A stretch of DNA of 64,000 nt from positions 62,001 through 126,000 of the forward strand of contig OZ218953.1 in assembly GCA_965112735.1 (NCBI GenBank), read 5' to 3'. Positions within the stretch are counted from its first letter, which is position 1, and each line of letters opens with the position of its first letter. This stretch comes from Phaeosaccion multiseriatum (Eukaryota > Protista > Ochrophyta, other classes). Positions 1 through 13,100 of the stretch are shown here, piece after piece. The translations under genes and the position numbers were made by a program. Below the pieces are notes generated by a model, which saw nothing but the letters and a program-made list of their open reading frames with translations, made no database searches and was not told where the DNA came from.

Positions 1-184
1 ACTCTCCTCCGTGCGCGTCGTCGTCAGCTGACGGCACAAGGCCAACAGAGGCAGCAGGCAGCAGCAGCAGCAGGCAGCGGCAGCAGGCAGAGCAGTACTT
101 TCACTTGCGCTCTCAGCTCGTTTATCTATAGTACTTGTCTATTATATATACACAATGCCGACAGAGGCTCTTCTTTTGTTCTCT

Positions 185-1058
185 CTATGCCGTCGCCGCT
201 CTCTCTTGGTGTTGGCCCCCATCCTCCAAAGCCGCCACTCGCTTCTCCAGCGCTGCGATGGTCACCTGAGTTTGAGGGGGGCAGAGGGAGCCAGGGGCGG
301 ACTAAATGAAATTCGTGGGACGGAAACAAAGGAGGGGGGGGGGAGGAACGCACCTGCTGCTCCTTGACGGCCTCGACGAGCAGGCTTGTCAGCGTCGCGT
401 ACTGCACGCCGAGATGCCCCTGCAGGCAGGCGGAGGGGAAAGGAGGAAAGGCCTGTGAGTCTTCGTCTAGTCAAGAGGGGAATGCAGCCACAGCGCACAC
501 GCGCTATTGCCACTTGCCTCGTCGTCTACCTCCGCCACAAGCTCGGGCACGACTTGCTGGACCTCCTGGGCAATGAGGCCGTACTTTAGCGCAGTGCTGG
601 AGGAGGGCGCGTCGGAGTTCCACAGGTACGTCACCCCTCGAAGGGCACACACCTTCTCCAGGGCCCCCTCCACGGCCTTCACGTCCTTCTTCCACCTCGA
701 GTCCGAGTAAGTAAAAACAGAATCGGCCAAGTACCCAGCGCCTGTGTGGAGAGGGGGGAGGGGGGATGTTAGGGTCAAACAAGCGAGACAAGCGACACTG
801 GACTGGCTAAGCCTGGTCCGGCAGAAGGGACTCACCAGCTGAGCTTATCGTGAACATAGCCGTATCCCCTGTGTCCACGAGGCTCAACAGATTGGCAGAT
901 TGGGTTGCGTGTCCTTTGATGTAGAGCGGAATATCGGTGGCTGCGCTGGGCTCGATGGCAATCGTGCCATGGCTCACCACAGTCCCAACCGCTGCTTCAG
1001 AGCCATGTTGTAGCAAACAAGCCACCAGCAGGCAGAGTGTCAATGGTGCGAGCCACAT
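185..1058 (-). CDS. Secreted protein with peptidase S74 / intramolecular chaperone auto-processing (ICA) domain and C-terminal coiled coil (~197 aa, 4 exons)
   Basis: Exons 1058-836, 741-518, 419-354, 265-185 splice in frame (594 nt; GT-AG, GC-AG, GT-AG). Signal-peptide-like MWLAPLTLCLLVACLLQHGSEA; S74 hallmarks YSDSRWKKDV..ALEKVCALRGVTYLW..YGLIAQEVQQVVPELV..GVQYATLTSLLVEAVKEQQ..IAALEKRVAALE. Confidence 0.85.
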
Positions 1059-2550
1059 GTCAACCTTTTCCTTCTTTCGCGGAAAGGATATCTTGCTCGA
1101 ACGTTACATTAGTTGCCCTTCCTGAAACTTCAAACTCTCGCCAAGGCTCCTCTGCCCGACATGTCGGACATGTCGAGGCGACATGCCTATGAGCTGCCCG
1201 TCCGCCGTCACTACTCTGGCCACTGCGCGATCTCCCCTGTACGCCACGGGCCGTTGCGGCAGCGAGGTCCTTGGGCGCCATCGTGTTCATAGGGCTGAGG
1301 TAGAGAGAGAGAGAGAGAGAGAGAGGGCGGGGAGGAAGCGCTTGTCCGACGACCGCACGACACCGAACAGCCGAGGACAGTCTCCTCCTCCGCCTCCATT
1401 GGGCGGCATGAAAGGAGCTTTCCATGCTCTCTGTGCGGCCGGTGTTCCAGCCGCTGCTCAGCCGCTGCTCTTTCCGCTGAAGGAACTCCACACACGCCAT
1501 TCCCCTCGCATCCGCCTCTCCCACAATGAAGTCCATGTGACGCCGGCATCGGCCAACGCAACACAGCACAACTGCTCCAAATTCTCGTCTTCCGCGTCTT
1601 CCCACCGCGGAGCCCCTCCTCCTCCGTCCTACAGCCCGAGAGGCCACACACCGCCAAGTCTTGGCATTCTTACAAATGCGCCGTTGGCATGGACCCACCG
1701 CGTCATCTCCTCAAACACGCTGCACGCGATATCCAATTGTCGACCACCTGCCGCATACTCTCTCGTGGCCATCTCTGGACACGCCCTCTTGTCTCACGCA
1801 CAACCCACCCCTCTTCTGACAGCAACCCCTGCAACAATACAGGCAGGCAGGCTCATGCCATCTTCCACCGCCCAATCTGCACATTGGCATGCCGCCCCCT
1901 CAAAGCGACAGCTGAGAGGAACAGCGGCGGCGTACCAAGCACGCTTTCTTCATGGTACGAAGTGCCCCTTCCCCACGAAGACGAAAGCCGACTGCTGGCT
2001 CCTGCCTCGCGTTTCTCCTCCTCCTCCTGAGCTGCTCCTTCCCCCTTTCTGCTTGGAATGCTGCCCGACCCGCTCACTGCGGCGGGGAGTGGAAGCGGGG
2101 GGGGGTCCTCTCCGAGCTACCGACAAGCACCTGTAAGCACCCCTTCAACGAGAAGAGTGCGGCCCCTCCCTGTGAGCTTTGCGTTTGCCCATATCCATGG
2201 ACAGCGCCGCTCGAAGTGCCGCCCACCCAATAATGACGCCCTTTGCGTCTGCTCTCTCTCCTCAGACGCCATCTGCAGTGCACAGGCCGATGCTGGGGTG
2301 GGGTGGGGTGGGGCTGATTCGTCTCGCACCCTACTACCAGGCGAGAAGAGGCGTCGGCTCCTTTCCTCTCGCTCAGCCCGCACGAGTCTGAGTGACGAGT
2401 ATCCGTCCACAGGGGCCCAGCCGGTGAGCCCAGCCGGTGAGCCAGTAGGAGGAGTTGATCATCAGCCGGTGAGCCAGTAGGAGGAGTTGATCATCAGGGG
2501 TTGGTGGGCACGAGCAGCCTTCCAGGGCCTTCCAGTGCCGTTCAGTGCCG

Positions 2551-3375
2551 TCAGCGCAGAGCCGCCTGCAGGTCGGGTACGAGGCGCTTCCAAAGCTGTA
2601 AATAGAGCAGGTCCACCACCTCCTCCTTGGCAGCGACCAGCCCCTGCCCGTCAGCCTCGCCTTCCCCGTCTGCTGCCTCTTGCTCCTCTTCATGGCCCCT
2701 GCTCCTGCTGCGCTTGCTGCTCCTGCTGCTCCTGCTGCTCCTGCTGCTCCTGCCCGTGCGGTCCAGCGCTAAGAACTCCTCCACAATGCCGTCCGAAGTG
2801 ATGACGTGCTCTGCCTCCCCCCTCCCCTCCGAGAGAAATTCCGTCGCGGGAGTCACGGGGGGGGGTTGGACAGCCACGCCCACCACCCTCAAGTCAGGAC
2901 CCCCCTCCCCTTCCTTCTCCTCCTCCTCTGCTCCTTGCGCGTCACCCATCGAGACATTCTCTTTAGCACTGGCGTCCTTCAAGAAGGGAATAAAGCTAAC
3001 CCCACTCTCGGCACATAGCAGGCTCGGTGCTGGCGCCTCTCTGGCGGCCTGCAGCGCCTCGGCAGGGGCCTCCCCTCTGGCGCACAAAAAGGTGAAGTGC
3101 TTCTTCCACTCCTCCACGTCAGGCTTCTCGTTGGCGAAAGGGTCGCCAGCCACGAAGCGGTGCCGTGGGATAGTGGTTCTATACTCTCCGTCGTCCTCGT
3201 CTGCTCCCCCCGCCCCCTTTCCCTGCCTCTCCCCGTCCGGTTGCCACAAGTCCTCGTCGTTGGCCAGCAAAGCCAGTCGAGTCTCCCCGGTGGCTCGCTG
3301 CTCGAAGTCCTCCAGCGCGCCCCACCTAGTACACGCGGAGCTGGAAGGGGAAGAAACAGGGCTTCGGTACGCCAT
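2551..3375 (-). CDS. FAM149-like (DUF3719) protein
   Basis: Single ORF from MAYRSP (ATG 3375); motifs EEWKKHFTFLCARG, PDLRVVG, VITSDGIVEEFLALD and KEEVVDLLYLQLW resemble FAM149/DUF3719 conserved blocks. Confidence 0.55.
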   Translation of the reverse strand: MAYRSPVSSPSSSACTRWGALEDFEQRATGETRLALLANDEDLWQPDGERQGKGAGGADEDDGEYRTTIPRHRFVAGDPFANEKPDVEEWKKHFTFLCARGEAPAEALQAAREAPAPSLLCAESGVSFIPFLKDASAKENVSMGDAQGAEEEEKEGEGGPDLRVVGVAVQPPPVTPATEFLSEGRGEAEHVITSDGIVEEFLALDRTGRSSRSSRSSRSSKRSRSRGHEEEQEAADGEGEADGQGLVAAKEEVVDLLYLQLWKRLVPDLQAALR

Positions 3376-3513
3376 TCTCTTGTCGTGGCGAAAACAAAGA
3401 TATCGCACACAGAGGAAAAAGAGAAAAAAGGAGACGCGTTGGTTCTCCACCATGAACTGCTTCGCCCTTCTTTCAATTCTCTCTCGTCCCTTGTCTCGCA
3501 TCTCCCTCTCCAA

Positions 3514-3570
3514 TCTAGAAAGTGGGGGGGGGGGCGAGCCTCAAGTCTAGAAAGTGGGGGGGGGGGGCTC
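3514..3570. repeat. Direct duplication of TCTAGAAAGTG(G)n between two head-to-head genes
   Basis: Two copies of tctagaaagtggggggggggg(g)c in the ~195-bp gap between ATG 3375(-) and ATG 3571(+). Confidence 0.8.
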
Positions 3571-4256
3571 ATGGCAGACCCGCCCGAATCGACTCCTCTC
3601 GATGGCGGTAACGAAGGCGAACCAGCCCTCACAGAAGCAGACCCCTTCCAGGCCTTCCAGGTGAGCAGCAGCAGACAGTTTTCCAGCGTGTATTGCGTCG
3701 AAATGGTAGAATGTGTATGACGCAGCTGCTGCTACTGCTACAGCTGCTGCTGCTGTTGCCTGCCTGCTGTTTGCTCGCCGCCCACCTGCCTGCCCGCCTC
3801 TCCCCAATCAGACGGCCGCCGTCCCCACCGGCGCCCTGGCGAAAGGTGACAACGAGCGGTATCTGCAGGCCCACCCCGAGCTCAAGGTCATGGTGTCCGC
3901 CTTCATGAAGCAAGGTACGGCACGGAACGCCTCTTTCATCCCTCCCTCCTTGCACCCCGGCTCCATACAGGCAGCGCTTAACACACTCTTGCTGCTGCCG
4001 CCTGCCGCTGCCGCTGCTCGAGGTAGCCTTAACGCTTAGGCCCGAGGACACGCGAGCCTTCGCCACGGAGTTTTTCACCTCTCCCACGCTGGAGGCTGAC
4101 GTGAGGCAGCAAATGGCGGAGAGGGGGATGGGAGTGACGAATGACTGGGGAGAGGCGCCGCATGAGCAGCGGGAACGACATGACCCGGGGGGGGAGGCAG
4201 CTGCAGCAGCCGCGGAGGGCTCCGAAAGGGGAGGGAAGCCGAGGAAGCACCATTAA
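3571..4256 (+). CDS. RIIa dimerisation/docking-domain protein, RIIAD1-like (3 exons)
   Basis: Exons 3571-3660, 3812-3914, 4027-4256 join to ..NERYLQAHPELKVMVSAFMKQALTLRPEDTRAFATEFFTSPTL.., matching the RIIAD1-type NExYLxxHPE..F..RPxx..FA.xF pattern. Confidence 0.7.
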
Positions 4257-4484
4257 GCGCTTTGCCAGAGACAGAGTGGACGGAGTGGGGTTAGTGCCTC
4301 TGCCCGTCCCGAGCAAGCAGCGAGCCTCCCTCTGCCCCCTTGTCTGTCCGTCTAGCAGTGAAGATGCGAGCCTCCCTCTGCCCCCTGCTTGCCTACTGAC
4401 AGTTGACAGTTGACAAGTCTCCCCGCAAGGGAGGAGTGCCCGACTCGGACCCCTTGCCGTACAGCCCGTCCCCGCACCGACCCG

Positions 4485-4613
4485 ACCCACCCACACCCAC
4501 CCACACCCACCCACACCCACCCACACCCACCCACACCCACCCACACCCAGGTGCCGGGCAGCAGCGGTAGCAGAGCAGCAGTGGTGGGGGGGGGGAGGGG
4601 CCCTTTCCATGAA

Positions 4614-4648
<35 letters not shown>
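4485..4648. repeat. (CCACACCCAC)n minisatellite and (CT)n microsatellite
   Basis: Tandem 10-mers at ~4485-4548 and a CT run at ~4619-4647, between convergent genes. Confidence 0.9.
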
Positions 4649-4650
<2 letters not shown>

Positions 4651-4928
4651 CTGTGTGAGCGCGTCGCTATTTCTGCTTCTGCCACTGCTGCTGCTGGTGG
4701 TGGTGGGGTTGGAGGGTATGTGGAGCAGTTGTAGGCCGAGGGAGGCCGAGGGAGAACGAGCGCCGATAGAGAAGCCCGCTTTGCTGCCCCATGGAAGGCA
4801 GAGGAGAACGATAACCCATTGTATGTTATAAAGCATCATGTATGTATATCCTATTGTAGTCCTAAGTGTTGTATCCTTCTCTAAGTTCTAACTCTAACCC
4901 TATCTGCTAAGCAAGCTTCACCTAAGCT

Positions 4929-7062
4929 TCACCTCAAGCTCGCCCCCACCTCAGCCAGGCCCCACCCCTCCGCCTCCCCCTCTGTTAGCTTGAAGTCCGC
5001 GTCCATCTCGATGCAGTTGTACATGGCGTAGCGGAGCCGCTCTGCCATGACCGCGTCGCTCGAATAGCGTGGAAGGTTGATGGAGAAGAAGCACGTGTGC
5101 GCCTTGGGCAGCAAGTGGTCTTCGTGAGGGGGGGAGCCTCCGTGCGCCGCTGAGGAGCCCGCCTCGCCCCCTCCCGCCTCTCCCCCCATGGCCATGGCCT
5201 GTATCTTGAAGCGCTGCGCAAAGTCTCTACTGTGCATGGGCAGTCTGCACCGGGCCCACACGAAGCGAAGGAACTGCGCCCTATCGCGGCTCCCGAAGGC
5301 CTTGAGCACCCGCCACAGCGACTGCACGTGTTGGTCCTGCGGGCTGAGGCCGTCGTCGTACTCTGTGTGGGCCTGCAGCAGCTCAAGGTCAATGCCTGGC
5401 CTGCCGCACACCTCGAGCTGCAGCTCCTGCCAAGTGAAGAGGGGCAGCACCGCGAGGGGCACCACCGATGCCAGTCCGTCCCGCACGGCAAAGGCGGCGC
5501 TGTCGCTCTCGTGCAGGCGTGTGTGGAGCAGCGCCGACAGGAAGGACGGCACCTCCGCAGCCGTCACCTGGCGCCGCGCCCCCCCGGGGCACAGCTCCAC
5601 GACCGCTCCGCCGGACAGAGTTGCCGTCCAGCACAGCCCAGACAGGGCCTCGGAGAGCTCCTCCTCCCGCCGTCTGCTGCCATCGCTGCTGCTGCTCTGC
5701 TTCTCCGCCTCGGCGGCCTGCCAGAGGCGCCTGAGCTGTCTGACCACCCCCAGGGTGCCCTCGTCGAAGGAGCCCAAGTCCTTGTCCTCCAGCGCCTCCC
5801 CCACAAGCCCCTTCCACACGATGAGGGGCAGCGGCCATTCCGTCATGACCTTGGTGCGCAGCCCCATGCCCAACACCCGCCCCAGGAAGTTGAACATGTC
5901 CAGACGCAGAGGGCTGTGCCCCCCGGGAGACAGGACGAACATTGCGCTTTGCTCGTCGCCCACACCCTCCACGTAGTTGGGCGTCGGGGTGAGGAGAGGT
6001 AGCACGCAGGCGGCGGGCCTCTTACCCCCGTCCCCGCCCTCCTCCTCCTCATCCTCACCCTCCCCCTCCCCCTCTTCCCATCCCTCCTCCCCCCCCGGGC
6101 CGCCACTTTCAAAGACCCTCTGTGTGGCGGCGAGCTCCACGGCAAGCTGCGTGAACATCTCCCTGTACGGCCCTCCGTAGTCGTCCACGCCCTCCCCGTT
6201 GAACTTGACTTTGAAGGTCCGCCTTTGACCGTCGTCCATGGGGTGCGTGTAGCCGAGGCGCAGCAGGGACGGCGGCAAGTGCTGCAAGCTGTCGTGCAGC
6301 TGTCCGAACAGGGACAGTTGAAGCCTGTCGTCTGCCCTCCTCAGGCCCGTGGCCACCGCCGCCTTGGGCCTGTTGAGCAGCACGTGCGGCAGATCCTCGG
6401 GGTAGTCGTAGTCGTCCTCGGCCTTCTTGGCGTGTGTGGTGGTGGCCCTCACAGCGTGGCGCAGGAGGCGCTGTTTGCTCACGAAAAAGACGCTCCCTCT
6501 TAGCCTGGCGAGCAGCGGCCCCAGACCCGTGTCTGGAGAGTGCCCGTGCAGGGGCGCCCCAGCTGCCACCACGAGCCCTCTTGAAGAGGAAGAGGAAGAG
6601 GAAGAGGAAGAGGAACATGATAAGGAGGAGGGGTGCGCCTCTCCCCAGCCCCATCGGCTTGGCCTGCGGCACACTTGTCCCGACAGCTGCACGCCCTCGG
6701 ACAGGTCGATGAAGGGCAGGATGCTGGCAAGTTGGTGATTCAGCGCCTTGAGCACCGTCACGCGGGCCAGGCACGCCGCCAAGGAGGGCAGAGGCAGTGG
6801 CGCGGGGTCTGAGTCGTCGCTGCTCTCGCCACAGGCCACTGCCAGGGCCGCTTTGACGTGCTGCTGCCTCAAGAGGGCCCGGGCCGTGCGGGGCGAGATG
6901 TTCCACGGACTGACCTGCTGCACGTCGGCATGCTCGTTCAGAGCAGAGACGAGCACGGCGTCCATCTTGGCCGTCCACAGGGGGCAGTCCGCCAGCAGCC
7001 CGAAGGCCACGCCCGCCGCCGCTCGGTCCTCACGCTCCGACGAGGCGGGGGCAGGGGCAGTG

Positions 7063-7107
<45 letters not shown>

Positions 7108-10100
7108 ATCACCAACTGCTGCGGCTGAGGCTCTCCAGCGCTGCTGGTGAAGAGCCCCACGGCCCGACCCTCGCAAATGTCCTGCCAGGGGAAGAACCAC
7201 GCCCCCAGCGACCCGTCCACCGACAACCACAGAGCCCCGTCGAACACGCCCACCACGGACGCGTTGCCCCGGGGGGTGCGCACTCGTGCACCCGCCCGCA
7301 GCCCAAAGGTGCGCTCGCACGCGGCCGCACTCGTGTCGAACTGCAACTCGTAGCCCGAGCACGTCATGGCCCGCACCGTGCGCCCCTCCCTCCACGCCGA
7401 GGCCTCCTCCGCCAGGCCCTCGAGCACCCCGGGGGGCAGCGGAGAGCGCCGTACCATGGCCCGCATCAAGGCAGCGCAGCAAGTGAGGTCCGAAGCGGTG
7501 GTCGAGGAGGGGCTGCCCGACACACACACACCCGCACCGGGGCACGCGAAGGCGCCCCGCACCAGCGAAACGCGCTGTCCCTGGTTGTAAAAAGCCACCG
7601 CGGGGTAGAGCTCGCCGGCCAGCCCCTCGAATGCCACGCCCATGTCAAGCCCGTTCCTGGAGAAGGAGAGCGTGCCTCTGTCCATGTCCAGCGTGAGACC
7701 GATGGTGTCCCCCTGCCCGAAGCGCTCTCCGTAGGACCGCAGCTTGGTGCGCTTGTGGTACAGTGCCCGGTCTCCAATGTAGCCCCAGCCCCACTCATCG
7801 CCCCCCAGGAAGGTGGCGAGGTCGGCTCCCTTGGCCGCCACCCCGAGGAAGAGGTACGCCGTGGGGGATTTGTCCAAGTGCACCTCCCAGTAGTTGCGCC
7901 CCGTCAGGAAGGGCAGGCTGCCCAGCACCGTGCTCCACGCCTCGTTGCTGCCGTACGACGCACTGAGTCCGTCGTGGCTTGACACGAGTACCGAGGGGCC
8001 CGCGTTGAAGGCATCCAGCGTGAACACCACGCCGGCTTCCGTGCGCATAGACACAGTTGGCGACCACTCCGAGTGGCCGGAGGGGCTGAAGGAGGGGTGC
8101 ACGCAGCGCAGTCTGAAGCGGTACGTGTGTAGCGGCACCAGGGACTCGGTCTTGCAGCGCAGCCGCTTGCCTGAGTACACCAGTAGGAAGGAGGCGCCGG
8201 GAGTGCTCGAGGGGGGCGCGCCGGAGGCCTCTCCGAGCTGCTGCACGGCCATCTCCACTTCGTACAGCACCCTCGACGACGCCAACTGTTGCTGCTGCTG
8301 CTGCTGCTGCTCAGCAGGGGCGGCAGGCGGCAGCGTGACCGGCGCCCACGTGAGCGCCAGGGTGCTGTCGGTGGCATACAAGAGCTCCGGGGCAGAGGGC
8401 ACCAAGGAAGACAGGGGCACCACGGAAGCAAGGGGCGTCACCAGCGGAGGCTCCGAGGAAGAGAGGTCCCCTTCCACAGAGGAGAAAGAGTCCCCTCGTG
8501 ACGCCACGCCCCGGCCATTGGCGGTGCGCCAGTCTGTGAGTGCCCCTTGGAGGCGCCCCATGCCCTCGAAGAGCTCCGCCAGCGCCTGGGCGTAGCTCGA
8601 CAGGAACACCACCGAATTCGAGGCCTGGCGACGCTCCAGCACAACGCGCTTGGTCAGGGCAGATCGCAGTAGAGGCACCACGCTGTGCCGCTGAAAGGTC
8701 TCCTCCATCGCGTGCGGAGAGGGCATGCCGGGGGTGATGGTACCGCTGCCCTTCTCCACTAGTTGGTGATTCAGCAGGTGCGCACTCCACTCCGCAGCCA
8801 CGCGACTCAGCAGCCGCATGGATGCCTCTCTAACGAGGGGGTTGGAACCCTTCAGGCAGTGGCATAGGCGGGAGAAGGTGGTTTCCGAGAACATGCTGCC
8901 CGACGCGAGCACCCCCCGGGGGCCGCTGTCGGGCTTGAGCTTCGCTGCGCAGCTCACGAGCAGGTCCATGCCCCACTCCGCCAGGGCCACGTCTTCCTCC
9001 TCCCCTCGTCCAGAGCTTCCAGAGCTTCCGGAACGAGGCAGGGGCAGGGGCAGGCCGGTCGAGGCTCCGGCAGCTTTGTCCAGAGAGTCCAGGCACGCCT
9101 TCGCCAGCGCCGCCGACAGGCACGACTCGTCCTTGTCCTCAACCTCGTGCTGGTCCTCGTGTTGGTGATCCGCCCCCTCCTCCAGCAGCAACATATGGCG
9201 CAGCACGGGTCGCATGACCGCCGCCGCGTCAGGAGGGGCCGCCCCACAAGGCAGCACAGTCACAGCCGTCGCCGCAGAGGGGATGGAGGACCAACTGCTT
9301 GAGCTTCCCCGCAGGGGAGCCACAGGCACGTGCCCGCCTTTAGAGACGAGCACTTTGAGCAGACGCACCATCAAGTTGGCTGTACAGCCGTCGCCAGACC
9401 CCGCCCCTCCCTCCGCCTCGAAGGCCTGTAGGCTCAGGGCCGGAAAGGCAACGTCCGACAGCGGAAGGCCCTTTGAAGGGGGGAGCTCTCCCTCCCGTCC
9501 CTCTCCCCCTCCCTCAGAGGAATCGCACTGCTTGTGCCTGGGCCAGCGCAGGAAGAGGTTGAGTAGCGCGGCACGGCAGTACAGCGTGACGAGGCTCGCC
9601 TCCGTGGCCAGCCACAAGTCGACCACCTGCCCCACACACAGTCCCGACACCTCCGCGCTCACGGCAGACGCTGAGAGCCCCCGGGGTGGCAGTGGAAGGC
9701 CCTCGTAGGCCGCTCGAGGCCCCGCGCCCCGGTGAGAGGGAGAGGGAGAAAGGCCGCCCCCCTTGGGGCAGCCCCCTTCGGCGCAGCCCCCCTCGGGGCA
9801 GTCCCCCTCGGGGCAGGGCGCGGCCGCAGGGGCGTGGCGGGCATGCTCCACCTCCATTGGGAAGAAGTGCTCTGTCACACGGTCACTGCCGCTGCCGCCC
9901 GCCGCCAGTCCTTCGGCCAATATGTTGGTCTCTCTCTGAGGGGTGGAAGAAGAGCAGAGGATGGCGCAGGAGCCACGCATTCATCGTTAGGGAATCGTCA
10001 ACAGGCGACAGACACAGTGTGAGTTTGAGTGTGAGTGTGACCATGTCCACCTCTCTCTCTTACGTGCGGGAAGAACATGTCCGGAGCGGATCCCTGCGTC

Positions 10101-13100
10101 ACAGATGGCGACATTGAGCCCAGTCGTGCCGCCCCCTGTCCTGACAGGCTCTGCCTCTCTTGCAGCATGGCGCCTCCTCCTCCTCCTCCTCCTCCTCCTC
10201 CTTGCCCCTCGCCGCTTCTCCCCCTGCGCTGCTCGTACTCCTCGTCGCAGTCTTCGTCCTCCTCCTCTCCGTAATCGCACTCTTCCTCCTCCTCCTCGTC
10301 GTCATCCTCCTCGTCCTCCTCTTCCTCCTCCTCGTCCTCCTCGTCCTCCTCCTCGTCCTCCGCTCTCGGCCCACTTCTACCCCCCCCCTCCACTCCTCCC
10401 CCCTCCTCTGCCTCCTCTCCCCCCAGCAGCTCCTCCCCCATGCCGCTGAGCATATCGAGGTTATCGACAATCCAAGTCGAGGCGCTGACAACGTCAAAGT
10501 CGTTGGCTCTGAGAGCCATTGCGCACCACGTCTTGGGGAAGCCGATGACCATGAGCTGCTCCACAAGCTGCCCGGGGATGCTGTCCGCCCCCTGCCCCTG
10601 CTGCCCGGTCCGCTGCCCGGTCCGGCCGTCTCTACTGCTTCTGCTGCTGCTCCGGCTGCTCCTGCTACTGCTGAGGCCGTATCGCAGTCTGTCTTGCTCT
10701 CTTGCTCGCCCTCTCCGTCCCGCGCCGTCGACTTGCTGCTGCTGCTGCTGTCTCGCCGCGAGGATGCTGTCGAAGTGCAGTAAGTCCACGTGAGTGGGCA
10801 GATCGTGTCTTGTGGCGTCCCCGTGACTCGCCACACAGAGGGGGCAGGCCACCTTTTGGCCCGTCACGTCAGGGCCAGTGCCAGTGCCAGTGCCAGAGCC
10901 AGCGCCAGAGCCAGCGCCAGAGCCAGCGCCAGAGCCAGCGACAGAGCCAGCGCCAGAGCCAGCGCCAGGGCTGTGAGCGTTGTGCACGTGCAAGGCCAAG
11001 GCGTCGCTTGGAGAGGGAGAGGCACCAGAGAAAGAGCGAAACTCTTTGCCGCACAGGGGGCACGACATGGCTTCGGCCGTACGACCAACTGCTGGGGCTG
11101 TGGCGAGGTCCCCTTCGGCGGCGCTCCGTGCAAGGCCCTTCTCGTCCTCCCCCACAGCCTCCGCCACACTTGCTCTGCCGAAGAAGGCCATCGACCCCAG
11201 CTTGGAGCCCTTTGTATAGCCTGTATTGCTTGGGTCAAGGCCAGCAGCGGCAGATGCAGCGGCGGCGGCTCGAGCGACGCGCTTTGTGAGCACCTCCTTG
11301 GCCTTTGCTTGCTTGGCTTGGGGGCGTGCAAGCAGCAGCGACAGCCGCGAGTGAAGCACGCAGGCCAGCAGCTCCGTCTCTTCCAGGGAGGCCAGGCGTC
11401 GCACGGCCCCGTCCGTCTGCACCGCGTTGAGCAAGAGCTGCCGCAGCAGTCCGGGCTCGCTCAGCACCTGAACCACAGCAGACGGGGAGGCGATGGCAGC
11501 CGATGGGGACACCACCACGTCCTCCAGAGACAGGCGGAACACAGCCTTGGCGAGGCGGGCTCGGCTCTGGGCAAGCAGCGCCAGGGACATGGCAGAAGAG
11601 GGCGTCAGGGCCGGGGCTTGGCCCCCTTCCTCCTCCCCCTCCTCTTCCGACCCTTCCGACTCCTCCGCCGGCGGCGGCAGCTGCGGAAGGTCCATCTGCA
11701 GGCAGCGCACGGCCATGCCTAGCAGAGGGCCCAGCGGAGGGGAGCAAGGCAGAGGAGGGGGCGGCAGCGGCAGCGGCAGAGTCACCTCGGAGGGCGCCAC
11801 GCGTCGCAGCCCCAGCGCCGCCCCGTCCCCGTCCCCTTCCCCTTCCCCTTGCGCCTCATTTTCTTCTGTTGAGTGCAGCGGAAGGAGGGGGAGGAGCAGC
11901 AGAGGAGAGCTGCAGGGGAAAGCGTCGGAGTCCAGCTCGGCGACGAGGGCCCTCCCCGAGGGGCGCTGCACCACCCTTCCCGCCAAAAGAGCGGACAGCT
12001 GCCCGCCCTGCACCTGGATGGCAGCCAACGCCTCCGCCGTCCCGAGTGGCCCGAGCTGCTCGAGCATGCCCAGGGGGGACGACGTCTCCATTGCCTCGCC
12101 TGTTGCAAGCAGCGAGCAGAGCAGCGGGGGAGGGGGGCATGAAGGGAGACCGTGAGGGCGGAAGGGGCCTTTCACATCTCCCTTGCCTCCTTTCCACACT
12201 CCCTGACACTCCCTGACACTCCCTGGCACCTCTTTTCCTTACTCCCTCCCCTCTCTCACCTTCTCTTGGCTGCGCAACGAAGGGCGCCAATCCGCACAGG
12301 GCCCTCGGTAGGGCAGTGCTCAGCGCCTTCCGCCAGAGGGGCCCTCCTTGCCTGCCCAGAGCGTCAAGCAGACCCACCAGCAGCATAGACAGTGAGCTCA
12401 ATGAGTTGACGCTCTCTGCGCTGAAGAGGCACGCGTGGTGCGAGGAGTGCTCCCCCTCCCCCTCCCCCTCCCCCACGCTGCGCGCGAACACGCCTGGCAG
12501 CAGTAGGTGCATTTCAGAGGGCCGCCGTAGCAGGGACCCCAGCGTCCGCCTCCCCGAGGGGGGCGAGGCGCCTTCGGAGCCGCCGTCGGAGAGTTTTGAG
12601 AGCTTGAGGACGGACTCGATGCCGCCCCTCCCCCCCCACATGCTCAAGCCCACGAGGCGCAGCAAGAAGCGTACGAACACCTCCTGTGAGCCCTCCCCCT
12701 CCCCCTCGTCCTCGTCCTCCTCCTCGTCCTTGCTATCCTCCTCCATCTCCTTCTCCTCCTCCTTCTCCTCCTCCTTCTCCTCCTCCTTCTCCTCCTTCTC
12801 CTCCTTCTCCTCGTCCTTCTCCTCGTCCTTCTCCTCGGAGGCCCGCTTCTTGCGCCTCCCCCCCGCTACTCGTGCGGCAGCGCCACTCGAAGAGGAAGGG
12901 CAGGTAATGAGCACCTTCGCCATTCGAACAGGACTCACAGCGCCGCGTGCCACCACCTGCTGCAGCAACATCACGGCGCAGTGCTGCAACCGAGGCGTGC
13001 CGCTGAGCAAGGCCCTGAGTAGAAGCTCTAACCAGGGGCCTGACGCGAGGTGCCATCTGCACAGCCTGCTCCGCTTCGCCGCCCCCACCAGCGCGAGCAG

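Noticed and set aside
1183-2136. 317-aa + strand ORF and overlapping ORFs
   Set aside because: No recognisable motifs; it runs through a (GA)n microsatellite and is probably a chance GC-rich ORF in UTR or intergenic DNA.
7106-7118. TATCACC core resembles the lambda operator half-site
   Set aside because: No 17-bp operator palindrome and no phage context; coincidental in eukaryotic DNA.
11856-12259. Overlap of the 2284-aa and 743-aa ORFs as a possible programmed frameshift
   Set aside because: Explained by a GT-AG intron at ~12259-12101.
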